Positions 52,628-64,000 of a stretch of DNA of 64,000 nt are shown in pieces. Positions within the stretch are counted from its first letter, which is position 1; the number at the start of each line of letters is the position of its first letter. The stretch comes from Cycas panzhihuaensis (taxonomy: Eukaryota > Plantae > Cycadophyta): NCBI GenBank assembly GCA_023213395.1, contig CM041465.1, positions 212,357,741 to 212,421,740 on the forward strand, written 5' to 3'. Under the pieces are notes generated by a model. That model searched no databases. It was not told the origin of the DNA and was given only the letters and a program-made list of their open reading frames with translations. The position numbers and the translations under genes are program-made.

Positions 52628-55600
52628 TGTTAGTGACCATGGTTAAGATTAATGCATGGTAGAGTTAATGTTTCATATGGCAAGAAGTAGTGGAAACTAG
52701 GAACGAGATGTAGAGAGTCACAAGTATCGAGATTTGAAGGGACACAAAGGATTAAGATACAAAGGGGCACAACTATTAAAGTTCGACAAGGCACAACCAT
52801 CCAAAAGAGTCTTGAACCTTTTAGAAGAGTCATGACTCTTCATGTTTGTACCCTTTGGATCATTTATAATAGATCCGAGATAGAGTAGAATGGAAGTGAG
52901 AAGAAAACAATGTAATCATTAGTGCATCTAATAAATTATCAACTATTATTTCATGTGTGGGTTTTTCTTCCGAAAGGGTTTCCCATGTTAAAATTTATCT
53001 ATTCTATGTTTGTTCTTCTGTTTGATTTTTATATATGCTATAAAAAATTGGTAAAGTTTTGGCAGGAATTCTACATGGTATCAGGGTAAGCTTGAGTATG
53101 TCTACATTCTTACATGGTATCAGAGCTATCCAGAAGTGCATAGCATCGTGAAGTTGTTCAAAATTAGATCTGGCCATTAACAAGGTTGGTGACAAAACCA
53201 TAGTTAATAAAATCGACCTTGATCATTTCAACAACTTATGGAAGCATCATTTGGATGTGAGAGCTCATGTTTGAGCTGCATATGGATGAGTTTGACTAAT
53301 ATCTAATCTCTAGAGAAATTTTGAATCATTTTGTTAGCAAGAGGTTGAAAAATATAGATTTTTTAAATTATTTGGAGAGGTTTTTTGCTCGTTTCAAGTT
53401 GTTGGGAGTTCGTTTGTCAAAACTAGAGGCCGCTTGGTGTCTATTGTGGAGCTACAATGATTCTAAAAGAGATTTGGACCTCAATCTACCTTCAGATGGG
53501 ATGTTGGGCACCACACAAAGGATTTGAGACCATTTTTGACCAAATTGGTGAGTTTTCTCTTCGTTTTTTACCAATTGCATCCATTTTTTGGCTTCAATTT
53601 TCCCTGTAGATGTTGCTAGACATTATCCAGGGTTGTTAGCAAGACGAAGACTGAGTTATTTGGTGAATCTAAGCCTTCATTTGGGTTAATAGAGTCGCAC
53701 AACCATGTTGGAGGGGCGATGACATTATATGTAATGTTATATCTTTTAAAAAAATCAAATTAAGTTGACAATTAATAATTTATTGAGTCGCTTAATGTTT
53801 AAGGCATTAGACAGATGATTTTTATCAATTAAAAGTAAGTGATTTAATTTAAAACGAAAGTCATAAAAGCATTTTGGAGGGTGGTGACTATTGGGAGTCT
53901 GCAATGCTCCAACAGATACAAATATACAATCATTAGATCATTTTAAAGATCGAAAACATAGTGCATAATGATTCTACGTTTATTGTGATTATTTCCAAGC
54001 CTTTTGCACTCGCGTTTTAAAAAAAGAGCATTATTTTGGCTTTTTTTTTTTGTCATTTTTTAATATTTCTTTATGTTGTAAAGTGTGTTGGGTGTGCATG
54101 GAGAGCTATAAGAAAGTTGGTGTAGCATTGTGATTAGGATTATCAACTGTAAAAGAGTAGAACATGGAGTTTCATAGCCATTTAATGCCAAAATAAGCCT
54201 TTTTTTTTTGGTATTTTGAAGACTTTTTTGAGCTATTGGAGGGTACTCAATTTGTTATTTTTTAATTGGCCCATGTTTGTTGCTTGAATATGGAAATAAA
54301 CCTGTTGAGCATCATGTAGAAGCATTTTTTTGATGAAGCAAGCCACATTAGATGTTGTTTTGTCAATTTTAAACTTATTTTAGGCCAATTATTCCTTGTT
54401 GAGACCATTTCAGTTCGTAGTGGGTTATGAAAAGAGGTCGTGGAAGTATGTTTATTTGTGGGGGGCACATTTGACAAGTGTGTGAGCCACATTCATTTGG
54501 ATTGAAGTGTTATTTTTAGTGACTTGATTTGTGGGGTGTTTGTTGGAGCTGCATCTTTAGTATTCAAAATGGAGAAGTTACCGCCTGTAATCTTTAACGA
54601 GAACAACTTCAGTGAATGGAAGACTACCATATAGTTACATCAGATGGTAAATCAATTTTGGATGATCACCAAGGATTTGATTGTTATGATTCCCCTGGAT
54701 GAAGAGAAAAGAAATCGATTGGAGGAGAAGAAGTTCATGTCAATTGGTTTGCTGATTCTATCTCTTGCTCTAGATCAAAGGGCACTAGTTCATGACCTCT
54801 AGTTGCTAAATGAAATATGGTCAAAAATGTTAGAGACCTATGAATTGAAAAAATCAAATTGACGTCTTGCTTTGTTAATGGAGTTATTAAATACTGTTAT
54901 TGAAGATGAGAATAATATTAATGCTTACCTTAACAAAGTAACAAATTTAAGAAATAAACTAGAAGCTATTAAATTAGGATCCATTGATAAGGAGTTACTT
55001 TTTGCTCTTATCGTGTGGAAATTACTAGCTTTGTTTACTACATTTCAGACCCTCTATGTGAATGATACTTCTATAGAGAAAATGAAGTTTGAGGAGTTGA
55101 AGAACTTGATTTTGGATGAGGATGTTAAGTTGAAGCATCATGGTTTGCTTTGGAATTCTGAATCCAATCATGCCTTCATAGTGAAAACACAAAGTCTGGG
55201 AGGTAATTAGCAAGATAAAAGTCAATAGAAGGCTAGTTCTTCAAAAAATCAAGAGTTGAAAAAGAAGAAGAGGTTCACTGAAACTTGTAACTGCTGCAAG
55301 AAGGTAGGCCATAAAGAAGACAATTGTTATCAAAAGAAGTAGGAATCACACAAGAAAAAGAGAAAGTATATTAAAGTCCATTGTGTAAAGCTTAGATCTT
55401 CATTGTGAAAAGTTAGGTGGATTCTTGATTCAAGAGCACAACAGCATATAACTTTCTTTAAGGAGATGTTTATAGCATGGTGTTATGATCCCTATGATTC
55501 TCAAATTATTCTTGGTGATGCATGTGCTATACTGGTTAAGGGTGTTAGAACTGTAAATCTTGTAAGGGGGGTTTTCGATAAGGTGTACTATGCATCAAAG

Positions 55601-58600
55601 ATGACTGAAAACCTCTTGTCAGCTTGGGAGATTTGTAAAAGGGATTTAAAGATTGAGATTTACAAGGGTAAATGCCTAATTAAGGATCTAGAGAGGTGCT
55701 TTTCTATCATTGTGGCTAGCAAAGTAGAGAATAATTTTTGGGTGTTTGAGAAATTTCAAAATCCAAACTATTCATTTGCTGTCATAGCCAGTGTAGATGA
55801 AAGTAGTCATTTGTAGCATGAAAGGCTAGGGCATCTTAATTATGGCAGTATATCGTTGATGAACAAGTTGAAGATGGTGGAAGGGTTGCCACATATTTCA
55901 TGTTCATATAGCATTTGTGAAGGTTGTGTGTATGGTAAACATCACAGATATCCATTTGCTTGGAATAAAAGCCTGGAGAGCTAAGGAGAAACTACATTTT
56001 GTACACTTAGATGTGATGGGTCCACTCATAATTCCTTCTTTAGGAGGAGCTCAATATACCTTAATATTTGTAAATGATTATACTAGGAAAACTTAGGTGT
56101 ATTTTTTAAAGAAGAAGTTAGAAGTGTTTGATTGATTTCAAGAATGGAAAGTGATAAATGAATAAAAATTTTGAGGAGTGATAATGGAAAGGAATATGAC
56201 AATCATGCCTTTAATAAGTTTTGTCTTAATCATGATATCAGACGGGAACTAATAGTCCCATATACCCCACAACAAAATAGTGTTACATTGTGGATGAATC
56301 ACAATATGATGGAGATGACTCGTTGTATGGTGCATGCATGAAATTTACCATAGAATTTTTGTGCAAAATCTATTGGGACTGCTGTTAATGTGTTGAACTA
56401 TGTATCTACCAAAGCAGTTAGTGGAATGATGCCAAAAGAAAATTAGATCGATCGGAAGCCTTCCGTTGATTATTTTAAAGTCTTTAGGTGCATTGTATAT
56501 GCACACATCCTTGACGATAAATGCAAGAAGATGATTGCAAGAGTCGAAAGTATGTCCTCATGGGGTATTTGAATCAAAACAAGGCCTATTGATGGTGGGA
56601 TCTATAATTGAATAAGCTTAAGGTTTGTTAGGATGTTTGATTTGATGAGTCGATGACGTATCATATTGCAAGTGTTGAATCTAAGAAACTTCTAGATTTG
56701 CTATTGTTGTAGAATCATTCTTGGTCAGATGATGAGAATTCGAGTGAAGATGGTCAAATTAGTGCAGATGTCATAGAGGAACAGTCACCTGAGGAGGTGG
56801 TAGTGACACCAAGATCCTCGAGACCCTTATGGGTAGAGAAGATGACTAAAATTTCTGGTATGAATGTAGACCCATCAGATACTCAAAGGACTAGAAGTCA
56901 ATATGTCATTCATGCTCTTATGGTAAATATCGTATTCCTTTATAGGCTGGATTCTTTTGTTGAAGTAGAGAAGAATCCTTAATGGCAAGCTACAATGGAG
57001 GCGGAGTATTATTCTATTTTGAAGAACAACACTTGGGATCTAGTTCTATTACCTCAAAGAAAAGACTTAGTTGGATATAAGCGGGTCTATAAAACAAAGT
57101 TCAAAGCCAATGGCAAAGTTAAAAAGCTTAAGGTTAGACTTTTCGTCCATGATTTTAAATAGAAAGAAGGGACAGATTATGATGAGATTTTTGCACCAGT
57201 CTCAAAGATGACTATGGTCATATTGGTCTATGCAGTTGTAACTAAATTTGGATGAGACATACATCAAATGGGTGTAAAGTCTACATTCCTTAATAGTGCA
57301 TTGAAGGAGGAGATTTACATGGTATAACCTCTTGGTTTTATTGAGGAAGGATGCGGAAAGTTTGTGTTCTATTTTAAGAAATCTTTATATGGTCTAAAGC
57401 AAGCACCTTGGGTATGGTTTATGAAAATTGATGTGACCTTGAAGGATAAAGGATTTGTTATAACAAACTTGAAGTGAAAATTATATATCAAGAAGACTGC
57501 TTTACCTATTGTGGGGATTATTTTATATGTCGATGATTTGATCATTATAGGGAGTTATCATGAGGAGATTATGGTGATGAAAGCACACCTATAAGAGAAT
57601 TTTGATATGACATACATGGAGCTCATTCATTACTTTTTGGGTATTGAAATAAGGCAACTAAAAGATAAGATATCGGTGTCATAGAGGAAGTATGTTGAAT
57701 TATTTCTCGAGAAGTTCACGATGAAGGATTGCAAGCCTGCAAGAACATTAGTTGTCAAAGGCTAAAACTTTTGAAAGATATACAAAAGCTTGTAGTTGAT
57801 GGAACACCATATAGAAGTGTTATAGGGAGTTTGATTTATTTGACTCATATTAGACCCGATATTTCTTATGATATTAGATTGGTCTCTCGATATATGCAGA
57901 ATCCTCAAGAGCCACATTAGGCTGCAACCAAAAGGATTATGAGATATTTAAAAGGTTCTTTGAATCTTGGTTTGGGTATCTGAGAGATGGTTATTTACGA
58001 TTACATAAATACACTGATGCTGATTGGGATGGTGACTCCGATGACAGAAAATCTACTGCAAGATACATGTATGGTATTAGTGGTGGACTAGTGTCATGGT
58101 AATCAAAGAAATAACAGACTGTTGCACTATCTTCTAGAAAAGTAGAGCACCAGGAACTCTTAATGGGTGCTCATGAAGCAGTTTGGTTGAAAGGAATATT
58201 AGAAGTTCTTGACATTTGAAGTAGCATAACAACTATCTTTGTGGATAATCAAAGTACTATTCGATTGTCAAAGAATCCTAAGTTTCATGCCAAAACCAAA
58301 CATATTGAGAATCAACACCACTATATTAGGGAGATGGTCAAAATAGGGAAGTTGATTATGGAATATTATTTGAGTAAAGAACAACTAGTAGATATTTTCA
58401 CAATGTCATTTATTGAAGATTATTTCAAAAGAATTTATGTAAAATTGGGGCTACACAAGGTTTCCCTTTAGGGGGGATAAATTTGCAAGGTCAATACTCA
58501 CTCCCCTTGAAGGTTATTTGTAATACAATAGTTTTCTGTAATCATATGTTGATTCCTTGACCCACATTTGCATTAAGGGGGGATGTTAACGACCATGGTT

Positions 58601-59070
58601 AAGATTAATGCATGACAGAGTTAATGTTTCATGTGGTAGTAAGTAGTGGAAATCGAGAACAAGATACAAAGAGTCACAAGTATCAAGGTTTGAAGGGACA
58701 TAGAGGAATGAGATACAAAAGGGAATGAGTATTAAAGTTTGACGGGGGGCAACCACTCAAATGAGTCTTGAACCTTTTTGAAGAGTCACAACTCTTTATG
58801 TTTGTACCCTTTGTATCATTTATAATGGATCCAAGATAGGGTAGAATGGAAGTGAGAAGAAAATAATGTAATCATGGGTGCATCTAATCAATCATTAACT
58901 ATTACTTCATGTGTGGGTTTTTCTTTTAAAAGGGTTTTCTATGTTAAAACCTGTGTATTATGTGTTTGTTCTTCTGTTTGATTTCCATATATACTGCACA
59001 AAACTGGTAAAGATTTGGCAGGAATTCTACATGGCATCAAGGCAAGCCTAAGCATGTCTACATTCTCACA
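52628..59070 (+). mobile_element. Full-length, older Ty1/copia element related to 42937-49155
   Basis: 487-bp LTRs at 52628-53114 and 58584-59070; PBS TGGTATCAGAGC at 53115-53126; PPT AAGGGGGGA ending at 58583; TSD degenerate (GTGGGG versus ATGGAG). Confidence 0.93.
54569..58471 (+). pseudogene. Copia gag-pol, heavily disrupted
   Basis: MEKLPPVIFNENNFSEWK; LKNLILDEDVKLKHHGLL; NNFWVFEKFQ; LYVDDLII; DNQSTIRLSKNPKFHAKTKHIE. Homologous throughout to 44750-48735. Confidence 0.92.
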
Positions 59071-59371
59071 ATGGAGTGTCGTAGAGTCAAAAGGGAATTC
59101 TAAATTCCTTGTTTTAAGATCTAAATTTTAAATGAATAAATCAAAAAGTATATTGAGTAATTAGACTTGGGAAAAGAGGGGAAAGCCCATGGTTGGTAGC
59201 TCTCCATTTTTCAATTTATGCTTTGTAATGGTCAAAGATGACCCAAATCACAAGTTGAATATAAATTTGATACAAAATAAATTACCAGAGAAATGTAATA
59301 AATGCATCATTGATTTGTTTTGATGGGTTTTAATAATGAAAATACATAGGGCTTAATCTAAGCCATCCACC

Positions 59372-61291
59372 ATGGAGGAGGAACAATGCAAGAAGACCAA
59401 ATTGGACATAGTGGAAATGGATATACAACTAGCAAATTCCTTAGAGGTAGGAGGAGGTGAAGCACTTGAGGACAATGTTAAAGAAGAAGAACTTGAGCAA
59501 TTGGATGCAAAGGTGAAGAGCTCATATGATAAAATACTTCATCTAAGAAGAATAATGCCTTATGCATTTAGGGTAAAGTTGGAGTCTTTATTGGTTAGTA
59601 TGAGGCCTACATTTCCACATCTACAACAATATTCTTTCAACAAGACCACTTCTTTGGGTATGCTTTCCCTCTACATCCTATCCTTTTTATTGTCTTACAT
59701 AGAGCTCTATGGCTTCATATTGCTCTCATCTACAAAAGTATACTAAAGGAAAAGAAGAGTTGTTGGGGTGGGGGGGGGGGGGAGAGAGAGAGAGAGAGGG
59801 AGAGACCTATATTACCCTTGTACTTACACTATTTGATGTTCTCATGCATATGCCTAGTCCTAGAGAAACCCACTTTTGGCTATCTATTATATCTGTTTAA
59901 AGGGTCAACAATTTCTCTTCTCTAGGGTTGTTATCCATTGGCTCAGTCTATTTGGTTGTCCATATATTTCATTTGAATTCCCTTATGGATGGATATATTC
60001 AATTTGCATGGATATGTTGTGGGTGAGGAGATGAAAATTAAAGGAAAAACCCTCTTTCCTCAAGGGTGTATGCTCCTCTTCCATGGGTCCATGTTTATTA
60101 GGTTTGGATTTAACGAAAAATTAGTCAAATAGAGATCCATAAGGGAAACAAAGAGTTCTTCCTCACAAAATTTGTAGGGACTTACCCCTGAATCTTCCCT
60201 TGCCCTCTAGATCTCTGACCTAAAATGGACAACACCATAGGTATATTTTTGTTTTTGGTTTTAAGTCAAAGCAACGGATAGTTAAAACAAAATAAAACTT
60301 GATTGAGGAAAATGGAATTTGGTTGTTTATTTAGAGCCTATGAAGGCACATAATAGTCCTTTAAATGAGTTGGAAATTAGAAGAAATCAAACACATCGTT
60401 CTTATATGAATGGTTATTTCATCTATGTTTTTTTGTCTTCTATGTTGGATGTATTTTCCCCCTTTTTCTATTTATTGGATTTTTTTTTTTTTTTCTGTTG
60501 ATTATAGGATGTTGAATTTTGAAGGTTCATGCAGTCAACCTATGATTGAATTTCCAACAAATTTGGCAAGCTTGGTTCCCTATTCCCAAATAAGGGGGAC
60601 TCAATAACTATGTTTAGTTCATTTGGTATGCAATGTGGGAACTTCATCTTAGAAATTTACCCCTAGTTTTCTCGAGGGATAAGATATGCAAAATGTTGTT
60701 GATTTTTCTTATTATGATTATAAATTTTGTTAGGTTGCTTGGATAAAAAGGTTTGTTGGCTTGGGAAGCCACTGATGAATCTATTCATTTCCTCTAGAGT
60801 TCCACCTACCTAACCATAGTCATATTTTTTATTACATCAATGGGATTTCTTCCTTTTGTGAGTTCTTGAGGGAATTTGAGCATGTGGCTTCCATTTTTTT
60901 TTGAATTTTGAGAGTAAAAAAATTTAATTTTCATCTATTTGCAGGAGATGGATCATAAAACAGACAAGGAACATCGATGTTATTCATAGTAGTAGTAGTA
61001 GTAGGAGGACAAGGAGAAGAAGATCAAGAGATTGTAGCACAGATAACCCTATTAAAGTCTAAGATTGCCACCAATGTTGCTTCTGTGCCTACTCTTTTGA
61101 ATAGGATGGCATTATGTGTAGAGAAGATGAACAAACAAGATCAGTATAAAGGTAACATTCACTATGCATTCGTAAGGAAATTGCCTTTAGATGGATGGAT
61201 GCACAGTTTGATGACATTTACATGTGTTTTTATTCATCTAGATATGTTTTCTTGGTTTACAAAAAACATGAAATTCAATTTTGTCATGTAA
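59372..61291 (+). pseudogene. Copy 3 of the coiled-coil gene, probable pseudogene (exons 59372-59657 and 60945 to about 61200)
   Basis: Upstream ATG (59337) followed by TAA; in-frame TAA at 60956-60958 just inside exon 2; ancestral stop TGA changed to TGG, giving read-through to 61291. Confidence 0.8.
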
Positions 61292-63568
61292 CTTTTTCTT
61301 TTTGTTATAATGAAAACAACGATATTATGTATGCGATTTGTATAAGTAGAATGACCTTGGTCTCCAAGCCTATGATTTTCTTTTGTATTTATTGGAGGTA
61401 GATGATTGTCTAATTGTCCATTGAGGCATGCCTGATAATATGGAGTTTGCCTTTTTATTTTGTCCTTTCATGATTAGGAAAGGTCTTTGCTATCACAAGC
61501 TCACTTATTTTGAGATTTGTTTCTCTAAATACCTTCAAGGGTGGCTTGAAATATGATTTTGTTACAATCGTTCACTACTTTGTTATATGATTTTTCTAGT
61601 TTGAGCTCATAGACTTCAATGTTTGTTTGTAATTATTAATTTAATGTTATTTTTGGGGGATCCTAATGGAAAAGGCCCTTTTTTCCTTTCGTTTTAATTA
61701 ATTTAGCACTAAGTCCATTACAACAAGTGGATCTTCTCCCTCTCTCTCTTTTTTTATTTCATGTTTTTTAAAGTCTTGATTCATTTGCTCTAAGTGGTCT
61801 GATTTACTTAGATTGGATTAAATGGCCTTTTACCCCATGATTGGGCATTGTTCAACTATTGTGGCTCAATGGATTTCAATTTCTTATATAAAATTGTTAT
61901 ACAAAGGGTAAAAGCTTATGTATTTCACATTATTTTGCCCTTGGCATTGAATATGTGAAATACTATGAACCCTAATTTAGTCAATGACCAATCAAACTCT
62001 AGCTTTACATAAAGTTTGTGAATCTTTTTTGAAGATTTTTCATCATTTTGGTTTTATGTTGATTGCATTTTATTGATGAAGTGAACTTCTTTGCTTAGAC
62101 AATATCTATCATATTTGGGGGACTACAATATTGAATTTTGTTCTTCATGCATAGTGTTTGGAAATTTAGTAATAATATGCCTTAGGATTTTTCAATAGAT
62201 TTATCTATTTTGGATTTTCTTTTTATTATTCCCAATGAGAATACATTCTATTGTGCACTCTATTGGGTAGTGTATTTTGTTTTGTTTATGTGACCAAATT
62301 TCCACTTTCCATGATGGTTATAGGGTTTTGAAACTCAAAAGCTTTGAAATGCTTTAGAAACTCCAATGAAAATTACCATAAATGTTTTCAAGCCATTTTT
62401 CATTTTCCAAAAATGTTTCCTAGGCATTTTTGATAGATAAGCACATTTTTAATTTTATTTCTAAGTAAAAAAAATTATCAGTTGGTGCCTTCATAGTAGG
62501 TGAGTTCCACCTGCTACTAACCCTGATAAATACGTATTAAAAATAACATATAAAAATTTGAAAAATAAATAAAGTTCATGATTGAGTTTATTTTATGTTG
62601 CATGTTTTATAATATGCATATAATTTGATTTGGAAAGTTAATAGAAAAAATTATATGTTGTTATAACAAATGAGAGGAGAGAGAGTATAAATTCCCACTA
62701 ACCTCACGGGTAAGCAAAGTGAAAAAAAAGGGCAATACAGATATCTTAAGTCCAAATACGTAGCCCAAAAAATAAAAGACAGTGGCTAATATCAAATGAC
62801 TTATAGCATAATGACATGAGATTCATTGAACTATAAGAGGCATGGTAGGGGTGCCTCAACCATCATCCCTATTATTTGGGTAATTTTCTCTTAGTGACTA
62901 TCCCTTATAAGAATTGGAGTCAACATTGTGCTTGTAAGGCTCGAGACGAGGTAGTTTTTATTCCCTATTATTGAGGTTGAGAAGATGGAAATGGTGATTT
63001 GTCTTTCTTAGGGAAAACCTTAATTTTAGAGTCTCTCCTTCACTTGCTTAATTCATATGTCCTCTATTGTGATTTCATTGGGCCAAGCTTGATGAATGTG
63101 GATTATTTGGAAACAATGGAGGACTAGACCAATATGATTAGCATTGATACTAAACTAGAAATAAGCTAGCACATAAGCAGAATAAGAAGTGGAGGAGAAG
63201 GAATTGATCTTAGCTCTAATAAAATTAGCTTGTATTCAACTCAGTAACATAATAGTACATCTCACTCTCACTATACATACATGAGAAAATGGTCTCATAT
63301 ATATATATATATAGGTGAGAAAGTACCTCTTTGTAATGTTGCATGTTTGACAAGTGTCAAACATGCATAAAGGTACCTTGCATATTGGTAAACTATCCAA
63401 CCATGCATGCATATATGCAAATATATAAAAAATGAGTGAAGGGTCCATTGACCTATAAGTTATAACATAATATATACTAGAGAAGTGTGGGTGCATACTT
63501 TACATATTAAGTGAAAAAATACCTTTATGTAATATATAACTTAATAATAGAACGTACATTTTCTAACA

Positions 63569-64000
63569 CATCCCCTCCAACCTTAATGTTTATGTTGTTA
63601 GGTCTAATTCTAAGGTTATGTTTGAAAAGTTCAGACTTCTCTCTACTAAGTGATTTGGTAAAGATATAAGCCAATTATTGATCTATTGACTTGTAGATAA
63701 GATCAATTTCATTGTTTTGCATATGCTCTCTGATGAAGTGGTGATATACTTCGATATGTATTCTTAGTCATCTTGAGCACACTTTAGTTGTTGTAGTATA
63801 AAATTGTGGGGTGTGATTGCTCATGTCCTAGCTTATTAAGAATCCTCTTTAGTTATATAATTTTGTATGTTGCATTGATTGCAATTTTATATTCTACTTT
63901 CATGGAGGGTAGAGTAATATTTGGTTTCTTCTTGTAACTCCACGAGACAATAGTTGACTCAATGTTAAAATAATAACCAGAGGTAGATCTCCAACTATCT
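63569..64000 (-). mobile_element. 3' end of a degenerate copia element (RNase H and PPT) running off the window
   Basis: Minus strand reads HIEVYHHFIREHMQNNEIDLIYKSIDQ*LAYIFTKSLSREK; purine tract GGAGGGGA next to LTR start TGTTAGAA at 63568. Confidence 0.85.

Larger units (their letters stand above)
50399..63570 (+). repeat. Tandem duplication unit 3 (includes copia 52628-59070)
   Basis: Collinear with units 1 and 2; gypsy LTR copy at 51465-51695 with a clearer PBS (GATTTGATACCA, 51451-51462). Confidence 0.85.

Overview
AT-rich land-plant nuclear DNA dominated by nested, methylation-decayed retroelements; a non-angiosperm (fern or gymnosperm type) origin is only a guess. Left half (1-32.5 kb) is a nest. 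An ancient Ty3/gypsy element contains a chromovirus-type gypsy remnant. Its right LTR is split by a minus-strand gypsy element (11565-32372, TSD TACAC), which contains an L1-type LINE, which contains a Ty1/copia element (18330-26043, TSD TTCTC). Very large TA/TACA microsatellites lie at 27.4-32.0 kb. Right half is a three-unit tandem duplication (about 6.5 kb per unit) of a two-exon gene for an uncharacterised plant coiled-coil protein. Copy 1 is intact; copies 2 and 3 are pseudogenes, and each of their units later received a full-length copia element. The most unusual feature is the 5' leader of copia 18330-26043. It carries an intronless, circularly permuted 428-nt copy of COP9 signalosome subunit 6 (CSN6) coding sequence, one turn of what looks like a back-spliced circRNA, bounded by microhomology. 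It also carries a sense-oriented 5' fragment of U2 snRNA with a possible snRNA promoter, about 580 nt upstream of gag. All protein identifications are by-eye motif recognition; no searches were run.
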